Below, piece by piece: positions 44,027 to 56,800 of a DNA stretch of 57,101 nt. The stretch comes from an uncultured Pirellula sp. (GTDB lineage Bacteria > Planctomycetota > Planctomycetia > Pirellulales > PNKZ01), in the NCBI GenBank assembly GCA_964633125.1, contig CAZWDN010000003.1, positions 1-57,101 on the forward strand. Reading direction: 5' to 3'. How positions within the stretch are numbered: the stretch's first letter is position 1; each line of letters starts with the position of its first letter. The position numbers and the translations under genes were made by a program. The notes under the pieces are model-generated. The model was not told where the DNA came from, made no database searches, and saw only the letters and a list, made by a program, of their open reading frames with translations.

Positions 44027-46711
44027 CTAGGTCGAAACCGGGTTGGCCTTTTCGGAGTCAATGCCGAGATCCTTGATGACTTGCGGAAGCTTGGCCTTGT
44101 CGAACTTGCCTTGCTTGGCAAGCTGAGTGAGCGCGGCGAGCGTCGTGCATTCGGCATCAACTTCGAAGTGGCGACGCAGGCGGACGCGACGATCACTACG
44201 GCCGACGCCGTCGCAACCGAGCACATAATACTCGCCCGGAACCCACGGCTCGATCTGTTGCGCGACGAGGCGGACGTTGTCGCTTGTGGCGATAAACGGC
44301 CCGTCATGGCCCTCGAGAACCCGCTCGAGGTACGACTTCCGAGGCGTCTCGCCCGGATGCAACAAGTTCCAATGCTCGCACGCGTTGGCTTCGGTCCACA
44401 AGGTCTTGTAGCTCGTGACGCTCCAAACGTTGCTGGAAACGCCGTACTTCTCGGCCAAGATTTTTTGAGCGTCGAGAGCGCAATTCAAAATGGCGCCGGA
44501 ACCGAACAACTGTACCTTCGGCGAGCCGGTGCCGACGTCGACCGTCGAAAGCTTGTACATTCCCTTGATGATGCCTTCCTCGGAGCCGGCGGGCATCGCG
44601 GGCATCTTGTAGTTTTCGTTGTGCAGCGTGATGTAGTACATCACTTCTTGATCGCGCTCGTACATTTCGCGCATGCCTTCCATGACGATCGTCGCCGACT
44701 CATAGGCGTAGGCGGGATCGTAGCAGCGAATGCCGGGGAACGCGTTGGCGATAAGATGGCTGTGGCCGTCTTGATGCTGCAGGCCTTCGCCGTTGAGCGT
44801 CGTGCGACCTGCGGTTCCGCCCAGAAGGAAGCCCTTGCACTTCATGTCCTGAGCGCACCAAATCTCATCGCCGATGCGCTGGAAGCCGAACATCGAGTAG
44901 TAGATGAACATCGGAATCATATTGATTCCGTGCGTCGTATAGGCGGTACCCGCCGCAACGAACGACGACATGGCGCCGGCCTCGGTGATTCCCTCTTCGA
45001 GAATCTGACCGTCTTTGGCTTCCTTGTAGAAGAGGAAGTTGTCGCTGTCGACCGGTTCGTACAACTGCCCGGTGTGGGCATAGATTCCGCATTGACGGAA
45101 CAGCGGATCCATACCGAACGTCCGCGACTCATCCGGGACGATCGGCACGATGTACTTGCCGATGTTCTTATCTTTGAGGAGCCGGCCGAAGTGTTTGACG
45201 AACGCCATCGTCGTCGAAACTTCGCGATCTTCGCTCGACGTAAACGAATCGGCGAAATCGGAATTCGGCGGGATGATCGACTTCGGACGGGCCGTCGAGC
45301 GTGAAGGCACCGGTCCGCCGAGCGCTGCGCGGCGCTCGCGGAGATACTTCATTTCGGCGCTGTCTTCGGCCGGCTTGAAGAACGGCGCTTTGACCACGTC
45401 CTCGTCGGAAATAGGAATGCTGAACCGCGAGCGGAACTCCTTGAGTTCGTTCTCATTGACCTTCTTTTGGTTGTGGGTCGTGTTGCGACCTTCGCCGGCT
45501 TCGCCGAGGCCGTAGCCCTTGATGGTCTTCGCCAGGATGACCGTCGGTTTGCCGTTCTTGTTTTCGGTCGCCCACTTATAGGCGGTGTAAACCTTCTCCG
45601 GATCATGGCCGCCGCGACGCAGCGAGGCGAGCTTTTCGTCGCTCATGTGCGACACCATTTCAAGCAATTCGGGGTTCTTGCCGAAGAACTGCTCGCGAAT
45701 GTAAGCTCCGCCGCTGACGACGTACTTCTGGTACTCGCCGTCGACCACTTCTCCCATGCGCTCGACGAGCGTGCCGTTGACGTCGCGCGCGAGCAGGGCG
45801 TCCCAATCGTCGCCCCAGATCACCTTGATCACGTTCCAACCGGCGCCGCGGAACGCTCCTTCGAGTTCTTGAATGATCTTGCCGTTGCCGCGCACGGGAC
45901 CGTCGAGACGCTGCAGGTTGCAGTTGATGACGAAGATCAGGTTGTCGAGCTTCTCGCGCGAGGCCAGCGTGATGGCGCCGAGCGTTTCAGGCTCGTCGCA
46001 CTCGCCGTCGCCGAGGAAGGCCCATACCTTTTGCCGCGAGGTGTCTTTGATGCCGCGATCGGCCAGGTACTTATTGAAGCGAGCTTGGTAGATCGACATG
46101 ATCGGGCCCAGGCCCATCGACACCGTCGGGAACTCCCAGAAGTCAGGCATGAGCCAAGGGTGCGGATAGCTCGAAAGCCCGCCGCCGGGAGCCATTTCTT
46201 GACGGAAGTTGACGAGCTTCTCTTCGCTCAATCGACCTTCGACGAAGGCGCGGCTATACATGCCGGGCGAGGCATGACCTTGGAAGTAGATTTGGTCGCC
46301 GTCGTACCCGTCTCCCTTGCCGCGAAAAAAGTGGTTGTAGCCCACTTCGTACAGCGTGGCGCTGGAAGCGAACGTGCTGATATGTCCGCCGAGCGAACTA
46401 TCGAATTTGTTGGCGCGCACGACCATGGCCATGGCGTTCCAACGGATGATGCTCTTGATGCGGCGTTCGATTTCGCGATTACCGGGGAACACCGGCTGCT
46501 TATCCGGCGGAATGGTGTTGATGTACGGCGTGGTCGCGGAAAACGGCAGTTCCACCCCCTGCCGATGCGCGGCAACCGCGAGCTTCGACATCAGATACGC
46601 AACGCGCTCCGGTCCCTTGTTTTCCAGGGCATACTGGAGCGACTCCAGCCATTCGGCCGTTTCCGACGGATCGGAATCGCCGCCGACCTGCGTGTCTTCA
46701 ACCTGCGACAT
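44027..46711 (-). CDS. aceE: Pyruvate dehydrogenase E1, homodimeric type
   Basis: RWNA.AMV.RAN, YFQGHASPG, FPTVSMGLG, GDGECDEPE, NCNLQRLDGPV and GEGLQHQDG motifs. Start taken at ATG 46711. Confidence 0.97.
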   Translation of the reverse strand: MSQVEDTQVGGDSDPSETAEWLESLQYALENKGPERVAYLMSKLAVAAHRQGVELPFSATTPYINTIPPDKQPVFPGNREIERRIKSIIRWNAMAMVVRANKFDSSLGGHISTFASSATLYEVGYNHFFRGKGDGYDGDQIYFQGHASPGMYSRAFVEGRLSEEKLVNFRQEMAPGGGLSSYPHPWLMPDFWEFPTVSMGLGPIMSIYQARFNKYLADRGIKDTSRQKVWAFLGDGECDEPETLGAITLASREKLDNLIFVINCNLQRLDGPVRGNGKIIQELEGAFRGAGWNVIKVIWGDDWDALLARDVNGTLVERMGEVVDGEYQKYVVSGGAYIREQFFGKNPELLEMVSHMSDEKLASLRRGGHDPEKVYTAYKWATENKNGKPTVILAKTIKGYGLGEAGEGRNTTHNQKKVNENELKEFRSRFSIPISDEDVVKAPFFKPAEDSAEMKYLRERRAALGGPVPSRSTARPKSIIPPNSDFADSFTSSEDREVSTTMAFVKHFGRLLKDKNIGKYIVPIVPDESRTFGMDPLFRQCGIYAHTGQLYEPVDSDNFLFYKEAKDGQILEEGITEAGAMSSFVAAGTAYTTHGINMIPMFIYYSMFGFQRIGDEIWCAQDMKCKGFLLGGTAGRTTLNGEGLQHQDGHSHLIANAFPGIRCYDPAYAYESATIVMEGMREMYERDQEVMYYITLHNENYKMPAMPAGSEEGIIKGMYKLSTVDVGTGSPKVQLFGSGAILNCALDAQKILAEKYGVSSNVWSVTSYKTLWTEANACEHWNLLHPGETPRKSYLERVLEGHDGPFIATSDNVRLVAQQIEPWVPGEYYVLGCDGVGRSDRRVRLRRHFEVDAECTTLAALTQLAKQGKFDKAKLPQVIKDLGIDSEKANPVST

Positions 46712-46881
46712 CACCAAACTCCCGCTAAGTACTTCGCTCTCAAGCAGATGCTCCTGGTCGAACGACCGGAGCATGCGTCGTCATTATTCTCCGCCGGCAG
46801 GCGTGCGTAAAGGCCCAACTCCCGGATGCCAAGGCATTTACGTCGATTTTGCGGCCCTCAAAGAGCCCGCTTACAAACGTT

Positions 46882-48318
<1,437 letters not shown>

Positions 48319-48487
48319 GAGTTACCTAAACGATGACCACGTTCAAAATGGACCGGACTTACATCGACCGGACGGCCCATCATCTTAATCACTGACGTGA
48401 ACAATCGACCAGGGGGCGAGCGGCGGCGACGAGAAACCGCAGGGGCCGAGCGAATATTGGTATTAGGAGGCCTAATACTAGCGGACT

Positions 48488-49258
48488 TTATGGGGCGGCA
48501 TAGACGCGCGAACCGAGCGCCGTCGCGAGCGGATCGGCATCAGCGGCGCAAAAGCCTAGATGCAAATGCCGTCGCCACCCTTCGGCATATTCGCAGCGCC
48601 CGCCGCTCAACCGCCCGACCTCGCGCATGAGTTCTTGCATCGAGTGGAGATACGAGTCCATGCCTTGGCTTTGGTCGAGCCACAACTTCTGGCTCTTATG
48701 GGCCGCGAGCATTTCGGTCTTCAGGTTCATCTTCGTCCCAACATCAACGAAGATCTTCGGCAAGATCGGGCCGTACAGCGGATCGCAGTTGCCGTGCGGC
48801 TGCGCGTGATAAACCGTAACATCTTCAAAGTAAGCGGGCGTCGCTGGATCGCAAGGATAGTTCGGCATGCAGCGGGAAAAGGCGGCGGTCACCGCAAGTC
48901 GACAGGTATTCGTATGGTCTTCCATGTAGTCGACCGGCGAATGCGTCAAGACGATCTCCGGCCGCACCTCGCGTACAATCGCCGTCAGACGACGAAGCGT
49001 CGGCCGATCGTACATCACCTCCATGTCGTCGGCGATGCTGTCGTGGAAGGCGAACCCAGCGATGCGGCAAGCTTCTATCGCTTCGGCGCGACGCATGGCG
49101 ATGAGTTCGTCGCGGCCGTAAACCGTGGAGCCGCAGCAGCCGTTGGCGACGTTCATGTAGTGGACGTCGTAACCGACGTCTTTGAGCAGAGCGAGCGTGC
49201 CGGCCATGACGATTTCAATGTCGTCGGGATGCGCGGCAATGGCGAAAACGGAAGGCAT
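48488..49258 (-). CDS. PIG-L/LmbE family deacetylase
   Basis: AIAAHPDDIE and THSPVDYMEDH motifs. Start taken at ATG 49258. Confidence 0.88.
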   Translation of the reverse strand: MPSVFAIAAHPDDIEIVMAGTLALLKDVGYDVHYMNVANGCCGSTVYGRDELIAMRRAEAIEACRIAGFAFHDSIADDMEVMYDRPTLRRLTAIVREVRPEIVLTHSPVDYMEDHTNTCRLAVTAAFSRCMPNYPCDPATPAYFEDVTVYHAQPHGNCDPLYGPILPKIFVDVGTKMNLKTEMLAAHKSQKLWLDQSQGMDSYLHSMQELMREVGRLSGGRCEYAEGWRRHLHLGFCAADADPLATALGSRVYAAP

Positions 49259-49323
49259 GGTCAAGCGTGAGGTTGGGGTGAGCGGGCGGCGGAGAACGGA
49301 GCAAAACTGATCGCCTAATACGT

Positions 49324-50715
49324 TTACCGCATCAGCAACCAAACGACGACCCCCACGACTATGACGATCGCCAGACCGCCGCCGCCGTAAACCAGACGCT
49401 TGTCGAGCTTTCGCTTCGTGCCGTCGGACGGCGCCGCCGCTTTCACCGGTTTGGCGCCGGCCGCCGCCTTCACTTTCGCCCCGGCCTTCGCGTCGAGTTG
49501 CAGCGTAAACGGCCCGGCCGGTGCGTCCGTCGCGCCGCCGGCGACAATCCCGCCGAAGCTCAGGCCGGAGTCCTTACTCGCGGGAACCTGTTTTGCCAGC
49601 GCCGCCGTGGGAAGATTCGTCAGTGATTGCTCCCCGATGTCTTCCACCACCGCCACGACCTCTGCTTGGCCTGCGGCACCGGACTCTTTCCCTTCGACCT
49701 TATCCAGAGCTGCGATGACTTCGGCCATCGTTTGAAATCGGTCTTCCGGCTTCTTCGCGACCATCTTCTTGTAGACGTCTTCGAGACCGGCGGGAAGATT
49801 TTTCACGCCGTCCTTCGCCAGCGAAGGGATCGGCGAACCACGATGCATCATGATGCGCTCGACGACTCCCTTCGCGTCGTAAAGCTTCTTGCCCGTCAAG
49901 AGAAACCAGAGCGTGCAACCGAGGCTGTAGATATCGCATCGGGCATCGGCGCGTTTCGTATCGGCCGCCTGCTCGGGGCTCATGTAGTCGATGGTGCCCA
50001 TCACCTGCTGCGTGCCGGTCAGCGCATCGGCGGAGTCTTCGAAACGGACGAGCCCCATATCGAGCAAACGCACGACGCCGGCGGTATCGTACAACAGATT
50101 CCCCGGCTTGATGTCGCGATGCACGACACCCATTTCGTGGGCGAACCGCAAAGCCGAGGCCGCTTGCCGAATACACGAGATGGCCTTCTCGGGCGTCAAC
50201 GGACCTTTCGATTTGACGACGGACGAAAGGTCGGCGCCGTCCACAAACTCCATCACCAGATAGTGCTGATTGTTCAGTTCGCCGGCGTCGATCGATTGCA
50301 CGATATTAGGATGCACCAGTTTCCCGGCGGCTTCCACCTCGCGGCGGAAGCGCTTCACCGCCGTTTCGTCTTTCGCCATCGCGGCCGAAAGCACTTTGAT
50401 GGCGACGGCGCGTCCCGACAATTTATGCCGCGCCTTGAACACCGCGCCCGACGCACCGACTCCCAACTGCGCCTCCAGCACGTAGTTGCCGAAAGCCAGC
50501 GACTGGGCTTTGCCTTGCAACAAAACCTGCGCCTGATACTTGGAAATCTTGCGGTGCTCGACTAACGCATTCGCAAACTTCTCGGCATCGCGCGGTCGCT
50601 CGGCGGCGGGCAAGCTTGTGTACCAGGCCTTGAGTTCATCGCCGGAAAGCAGGCCCGACGTGACGACGCTCTTGCCGAATTGTTCGAAGCTGACGGACGC
50701 TGGTGCTGTACTCAT
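49324..50715 (-). CDS. Ser/Thr protein kinase with C-terminal TM anchor
   Basis: [35 protein letters not shown] and DIYSLGCTL motifs. Confidence 0.93.
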   Translation of the reverse strand: MSTAPASVSFEQFGKSVVTSGLLSGDELKAWYTSLPAAERPRDAEKFANALVEHRKISKYQAQVLLQGKAQSLAFGNYVLEAQLGVGASGAVFKARHKLSGRAVAIKVLSAAMAKDETAVKRFRREVEAAGKLVHPNIVQSIDAGELNNQHYLVMEFVDGADLSSVVKSKGPLTPEKAISCIRQAASALRFAHEMGVVHRDIKPGNLLYDTAGVVRLLDMGLVRFEDSADALTGTQQVMGTIDYMSPEQAADTKRADARCDIYSLGCTLWFLLTGKKLYDAKGVVERIMMHRGSPIPSLAKDGVKNLPAGLEDVYKKMVAKKPEDRFQTMAEVIAALDKVEGKESGAAGQAEVVAVVEDIGEQSLTNLPTAALAKQVPASKDSGLSFGGIVAGGATDAPAGPFTLQLDAKAGAKVKAAAGAKPVKAAAPSDGTKRKLDKRLVYGGGGLAIVIVVGVVVWLLMR

Positions 50716-50874
50716 AGTGAGGATGATTGTAATCGGGAGGCCGGCCAAAAACGACCTATTCGATCCGTCAAAGCCCCGATTCACCGCTCCTGGCAATAGG
50801 CGCGCGATTGCGGCACAATGGTCGTCGCTTCCAAGCCCCCTTTCCCTCAGGTCAATCGCGAGACGGGCTGTTTC

Positions 50875-51390
50875 ATGAATCTCCCCGATTTCATCCGCTC
50901 TATCCCCGACTTCCCCAAGCCTGGGATTTTATTTCGGGATATCACTCCGCTACTAGGCTCCGCGCCGGCGTTTCGGGAAACCATTCGTCGCTTGGCCGAG
51001 CATTGTCGCGACCGCAAGATCGACGTCGTCGGGGCCGCCGAAGCGCGCGGATTTATCTTTGCCGCTCCCCTGGCCTTGGAACTGGGCGTCGGGTTCGTGC
51101 CGTTTCGCAAGCCGGGCAAACTCCCGTTTGAAACGCACGCCTTCCACTACGACTTGGAATACGGCACCGATTCGTTGGAAGTGCACAAAGACGGCTTTAC
51201 CGTCAACCAAAACGTGCTGCTCGTCGACGATCTGTTGGCGACCGGCGGTACGATGGCCGCCTGCTGCCGACTCGTCGAAAATAGCGGAGCACGCGTCGCC
51301 GGATGTGCGTTCGTCATCGAACTCACCGGCCTGGGCGGCCGCAAGCTCCTCGAACCGCACGAGTCGTTTAGCTTATTGCAGTACGAGTAG
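50875..51390 (+). CDS. apt: Adenine phosphoribosyltransferase
   Basis: [34 protein letters not shown] and [11 protein letters not shown] motifs. Confidence 0.97.
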   Translation: MNLPDFIRSIPDFPKPGILFRDITPLLGSAPAFRETIRRLAEHCRDRKIDVVGAAEARGFIFAAPLALELGVGFVPFRKPGKLPFETHAFHYDLEYGTDSLEVHKDGFTVNQNVLLVDDLLATGGTMAACCRLVENSGARVAGCAFVIELTGLGGRKLLEPHESFSLLQYE

Positions 51391-51435
51391 TTCCTTCGGC
51401 GACCTCCGCCGGTGATCCATTTGGGAAGTTGCGAC

Positions 51436-52686
51436 ATGATTCGTATCGGCATCGTCGGCTGCGGCCGAATCCTCGCGGCACATCTACGCGGCTACCGGTT
51501 GCTGCGGGAGGCCGGCATCGACGACTTCCAGATCACCGCGCTTTGTGCCCGTAAATACGACGACGCGGCGATGTACGTGCGGCGCGGCGAGGGCCCTCCG
51601 CAGCGGCCGGCTTGCAGCAACCTTGCCGGCGACCCGCTGGCCATCGGCGACGAATTCCTCAGCGATTTTCAGCCGTGCGTCGACGTGCGTCTCTACACCG
51701 ACTACCGAGAAATGATCGCCGACGGACCAATCGACGCCGTCAACGATTTCTCGACGCATGCCCTACATCATCAGGTGGCCGCGGCCGCCTTCCAAAACGG
51801 CAAACATCTGATGTCGCAGAAGCCGCTCGCGCTGACGGTCGCCGCCGCGCGCCGGATGTGCGCCGAGGCCGAACGCCGAAAACTGACGTTCGGCGTATTC
51901 GAGAACTTTCGCTACGCGCCGATTACGCGTCATTTGCGTTGGGCCTTCGAATCCGGCACGGCCGGCCGATTGCAACTCTTTCTCCTCGGATACGCCGGCG
52001 TGTGGTGGGCGCCGGACCAGATCGTCGCCAACACCCCCTGGCGACACCTGCGCTCGGAAGCCGGCGGCATCAGCCTCGACCTCGGAGTTCATTTCCTGCA
52101 TCAACTTCGCTATGTGGCCGGCGAAATTCGCACGGTTTCGGCTCAGACGTCCGTCGTCGAACCGCGGCGTTACACGCGTGACGAACAAGGACGCGTCATT
52201 CAGGAGCAAACTTGCGACGCCGACGACACGTTTTCGGCCCATCTCGAAACCACCGACGGCATGGTCGGCAGTCTTTACGCCAGTTGGGCCGGTCATGGCG
52301 GACCTACGCGCACCGGCGAAGGAACCGTCTTTTACGGCTCGCGCGGCCGAATCACCGGCAACCAACTCACGCTCGATTCCGGCGCGACAAACTTACTCGA
52401 CGCGCTCTATGCGTCGCACGCTCCACGCGAGCTGCAGTCGCGTCAATTTCCGTTTGGCCTCACCGACAGCTTTGCCCTGGCGCAACTCGATTGGCTCCGC
52501 GCCGTCGCCGCCGGCTCGCAACCGGAAACCAGCGGTCGTGAAGGCCTTGCCGATTTAGCGGCCGCTTACGCGTTGCTGGAGTCCGCTTCTTCCGGTCGTA
52601 CCGTTTGTGTCGACGATGTGGCGTCCGGCAAGATCCGCGCGTATCAGCATTTGCTCGACGAGGAATTCGGCCTCTTGAACGACTAA
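51436..52686 (+). CDS. Gfo/Idh/MocA family oxidoreductase
   Basis: IGIVGCGRI, GKHLMSQKPLA and DLGVH motifs. Confidence 0.9.
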   Translation: MIRIGIVGCGRILAAHLRGYRLLREAGIDDFQITALCARKYDDAAMYVRRGEGPPQRPACSNLAGDPLAIGDEFLSDFQPCVDVRLYTDYREMIADGPIDAVNDFSTHALHHQVAAAAFQNGKHLMSQKPLALTVAAARRMCAEAERRKLTFGVFENFRYAPITRHLRWAFESGTAGRLQLFLLGYAGVWWAPDQIVANTPWRHLRSEAGGISLDLGVHFLHQLRYVAGEIRTVSAQTSVVEPRRYTRDEQGRVIQEQTCDADDTFSAHLETTDGMVGSLYASWAGHGGPTRTGEGTVFYGSRGRITGNQLTLDSGATNLLDALYASHAPRELQSRQFPFGLTDSFALAQLDWLRAVAAGSQPETSGREGLADLAAAYALLESASSGRTVCVDDVASGKIRAYQHLLDEEFGLLND

Positions 52687-52788
52687 CGCCGATTTCCGGG
52701 CATTTTCTTTGGCCTCGCGACGACGGCGACCTACTATGGATTAGCTCGCCAATTTACGCATTTTGCGAAGTCGTAGAGGTCCAGGTCC

Positions 52789-53298
52789 ATGAAGGCTCCA
52801 CTGTTTTCTGCCGCCGTACTCGTACTTTCGGCCGTAGCGTCGCCTCTCGCGGCAGACGATGCAATTCGCAACTACGGCTCGACGCAACTCGAATCGCCGG
52901 TACAAGCCGCCGGTTCGGCCTCGCCCGAGTTCGTCGCGTTCGGTCATCACCGTCGCGGCTGCTGCGGCAACACGGGCGCCGTCTACGGCGGATTGTCGCC
53001 GGCTCTCTATAACGCCTACTCGACATACCAACCGCAAGCCGCATACACGTCGTTCTATCCCGGCTCCGGCGGCGCATATTACTATGCAACGCCGAATCCG
53101 TACGGTTATTATCCGAACGGGCACCTCTGGGGATCGTCGGGCTCGCACTACGGTCGCCCGTTCCCCGTTTGGAATTCGCCGTCGGGAGTCTACGGCTACC
53201 GTTACGGTGGTTGGGGTAGTTACGGTTGGAGCGGTCCGGAAGCTTGGGGCGGTACCGGCCCGGCCGGCTGGGGCTACCAAGGCGGCTTCTACTGGTAA
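52789..53298 (+). CDS. Secreted Tyr/Gly/Trp-rich low-complexity protein
   Basis: Signal peptide ending PLAA, about 20 Tyr and 7 Trp, followed by a terminator. Confidence 0.7.
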   Translation: MKAPLFSAAVLVLSAVASPLAADDAIRNYGSTQLESPVQAAGSASPEFVAFGHHRRGCCGNTGAVYGGLSPALYNAYSTYQPQAAYTSFYPGSGGAYYYATPNPYGYYPNGHLWGSSGSHYGRPFPVWNSPSGVYGYRYGGWGSYGWSGPEAWGGTGPAGWGYQGGFYW

Positions 53299-53343
53299 GC
53301 GCCGATCGCCGCGATGGGCGACGCCGACAATGCAAATCAAGCG

Positions 53344-53377
53344 AACGGCGGGCTTCATGCCCGCCGTTTTCGTTTTT
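53344..53377 (+). terminator. Intrinsic terminator
   Basis: 10-bp stem aacggcgggc/gcccgccgtt with a 5-nt loop, followed by ttcgttttt. Confidence 0.8.
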
Positions 53378-53472
53378 ACTCTTTAGTCGCTTACTCTTTG
53401 GCTCCGATGCCGCGCGATGCCGATAGTACAGAGCAGGGACGTCTCGTACTCATGGGTAGCATGCGTGCCGGC

Positions 53473-53844
53473 ATGATAAAATCAATCCGCCTCTCACTGG
53501 CCCTGGTCGTTGCGAGTTTCAACGTCGCTTCCACCGCCGACGCGAAGTATCCGATTCTCACGCAAATGACCAAGCGTGCCGACGGCCCGTACCAACCGGA
53601 AGTTCGCCGCTACGTCGTGGTCGACCCGATCGCGCCGCGCACCCCCGCTTACGGCGATCTCCATGCAGCCGGGCATCCGCCGCATGGCGCTCCGCACGCG
53701 TCGCAGGAACTGTGGCGCCGCCACGACTTGGCGACCCCCGTCTATCCGTACGGCTGGTTTGGCGCTCGGCCTGCCAACAGCCGCTCGACGCGCGGTAGCT
53801 ACTACGAAGACTACGAGAATGTGACGATCTTCCGCGGCCGTTAA
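53473..53844 (+). CDS. Small secreted hypothetical protein
   Basis: Signal peptide ending ADA and C-terminal YPYGWFGA...GSYYEDY. Start is 53461 or 53473. Confidence 0.55.
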   Translation: MIKSIRLSLALVVASFNVASTADAKYPILTQMTKRADGPYQPEVRRYVVVDPIAPRTPAYGDLHAAGHPPHGAPHASQELWRRHDLATPVYPYGWFGARPANSRSTRGSYYEDYENVTIFRGR

Positions 53845-53856
53845 ACCGGCGATCGA

Positions 53857-56800
53857 CTAGCGACCGAGGCCGAAGTAGAACGCGACGTTCTGGATGTTGT
53901 CGCCGGGAGCATGCGCGACCGGCACGGCGAAGTCGATGGCGATCGGTGCGGGCCCCAGCGCGGGCACCGAAATCCGCAGTCCGAAGCCCGGCGCCACGCG
54001 GAAATTATCGGCGTGCATTTCAATGTTTTCTTCGACGGTACCGAAGTCGCAAAACGCGACGCCGCGAATCATGTCGTCGGCCGTGATCGAAAACATATAC
54101 TCGACCGTGTTCAACCACTGAAACTGGCCGCCGACGTTTACCTGCTGCACGACCGGTCCGACGCCGCGGAAATTGAAACCGCGTAACGAGGAGAAGCCGC
54201 CCGCGAAGTAGTTTTCGTAAATCGGCGTATCGGAACCGGTAAAGCCGACCTGGCTCATCAACGTCAACACTTGGCGACCGGACCCATCAGGCCGTTCGCC
54301 GAGCAGAAAGTGTTGCCGCGCGTCGATCGTACCGCGCGGAAAGCTGTAGGTGCCGAAACCGTAGTCGAACCCGAGCGCAATGCGATGCCCTTGCGTGGCG
54401 ATGAACGTGCTGTCGCGCGTATCGTGAACAATCTGGTTCTCGATCATGAACAGGTCGCTGCCGCCCAGCGCCGCGGCGAGTTGCGGCGGCGTGGGAACCG
54501 TCGGCTGCTCCAGGTTTACGTGCTCCATGCGGATCGCGGTACTGACCGATAAGTCGGGCACGTACGGAAACTGGTATCCCAAACCGATACGTCCGCCGGT
54601 GCGTTCTTCGTACCAATTGCGATAATAGCGTTGGAAGTAGTACGCACTGGCGTTGAAGCTGACGCGTGTGTCGAACAAATACGGTTGGCGGAACGTGAAC
54701 GTGTAGCGCGAAACCTGGCTACCTGGCACCGCTTCAATGCGCACCTGTTGGCCGGCGCCACGGAACGCGCGGCCTTCGATGAAGTCGCGCCACGAGAGCG
54801 GTAGCCGCGTGATGTCGGCGTTTTGTTCGTCGAGCACGATCGACCCCAACACGCCGGCATTCGAGTTGACGCCCACGCCGAGCATAAACTTGCCGGTTTG
54901 TGCCTCGGTGACCTGCGGAATGATCGTGAGATCGCGTGTTGCAGGCTCTTGTGGGCCGAAGACGGGAGGGGGGCTTTGGCCGAAGAGATCGTTGCCGCTG
55001 CCGTAACCGCCGGGTACCTGACCGGGCGCGGCAGGCTGCGAAGCATAAGGAGTTGCCTGGCCTGCATCGCCGAGCGGCGCGACGGGCGTCAGCGGGCCCG
55101 CTACTCCGCCCGACTGCGGCGCCGAGTACGCCGGGGCGCTCGAGTAGGCGGGTGTTCCTTGGGCATACTGCGCAGCCGTCACGGCACCGGGCTGATAACC
55201 GGCGGTAGTCGGCGCGCCTTGTGGACTTACGTTGCCGATCGACACCTGCCCGTATGTCGGCGTCGATCCGTAAAGCGGTGATTGTTGCGGGCTCTGGGCG
55301 CGTACGATGATGCCCTCGGCGGCAAGCGCGTCGAACGGCTTGGGAGCCGGCGGTTCCAGGTTTACCGCAGTCGCAGTCGGCATCGAGGACGATTCTGCCG
55401 CGACGAATTCAACCGGTGCAGCCGCAGTTTCCGTCGGCATCACAAACACGGGAACTTCGGCGGGTGACGTGCGTTGCACGCCCGACCAGAACGGATTGCC
55501 TTCGCGAGCCGCATCGTTGAGCGGCTTAAAGAGCGGCGGCTTTGACGCGGGCGCGGCCGGCTCGGAATCGGGCACGTTGCTCGACGGCGTAGCAAACGGC
55601 AGCGGTCCTCGTTGCCAAAGCGGCGGCGATTGCTCTCCGGCCAACGTACCGCCAATCGTCACATCGACCACCGGCTCGCCTTGCGCGTTAAAGCGCGGCG
55701 ACGAGTAAACCACCGGAGGCGTACCGTCGGGACTTTGGCCGCGGACCGTGTCGCCCGATTTGCCGGCCGTTTTGATGTCGTCCGGTTCGAGAGGCTCGTA
55801 CGTAATCTTCGGCGTCACGCCGGAAGCAGGATCGTTCTTGAACAGCCCGGAACGTTTTAAGCGTTGCTCGCTGTCGCGAATCTTGCGAATGTCGACAATG
55901 TCGCCCGGCCGCAGTTCCACACGATTGAGCACCGTATTGATGCGCGTGTGCGGGTCGTCTCCTTCAATGCGAACATTGACGCGACCGACGCGATAACGAT
56001 CCCCCTCTTCGATCTGATAAACGAGATCGAGTTCACCGGGCTCTTCGAGAAAGCGAGGATCGGCCTGCACGTTGCAGAAGACGTAGCCGATCGTTCCATA
56101 CCGATCTTGCAGCGTCGTCATATCGCGGGTCATCGCCGCTTGATCGAAGTATACGCCCCCCTTGAGCTTGAGATCGGCGTCAAGCGTCGGCGTGTCGAAC
56201 TGCTTGTTTCCGACCAATGAAACTTGGCGAACCTTGTAACGCGGACCTTCGTTGATCACGAATCGCAGCGTCGCCCAGCGGCTTCCTTCGTCGATTTCCA
56301 CTTCGCGACCGATCTTCGCTCCGAAGAAGCCGAGGCCGCGGTAGTAGGCCGTCAGTTTGTTGACGTCTTCGTCGACCTTCTCGTAATCCAATTCGCCCTT
56401 AAACAGATAAGCAATCGGAGGTTTGCTGCTAATCTGCGTCTTCAAACGACTATCGTCGGCGATCGTATTTCCTTCGAATTCGACGTCGTAGATTTTTAGC
56501 TTCGGACCTTCGGTAATTTTGAACACCGCGCCGCGATCGCCGGGCTTGTTACCTTCGAGCGTTACGACGCGAGCCTTCGAGAAGCCCTTCGATTGGTAGT
56601 ACTCCTCGAGCTTGCGACGCGACTCATCAACCATATACGGATCGATCGCGTCGCCCACTTTGATGCCGGAGTTCTTATCGAGCGTGCTGCGCTTGAGCGT
56701 GGCGCCAAGGTATTTCACGTAGCCGAGCGTCGGACGTTCAATCACCTGAAACACCACGACCACGCCTTCGGGAACGCGCTGATACGACGTATTCACGTTG

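Noticed and set aside
48460-48478. Short hairpin gtattagg-agg-cctaatac
   Set aside because: An 8-bp AT-rich stem with no U-tract could be a weak terminator or operator, but is within chance expectation.
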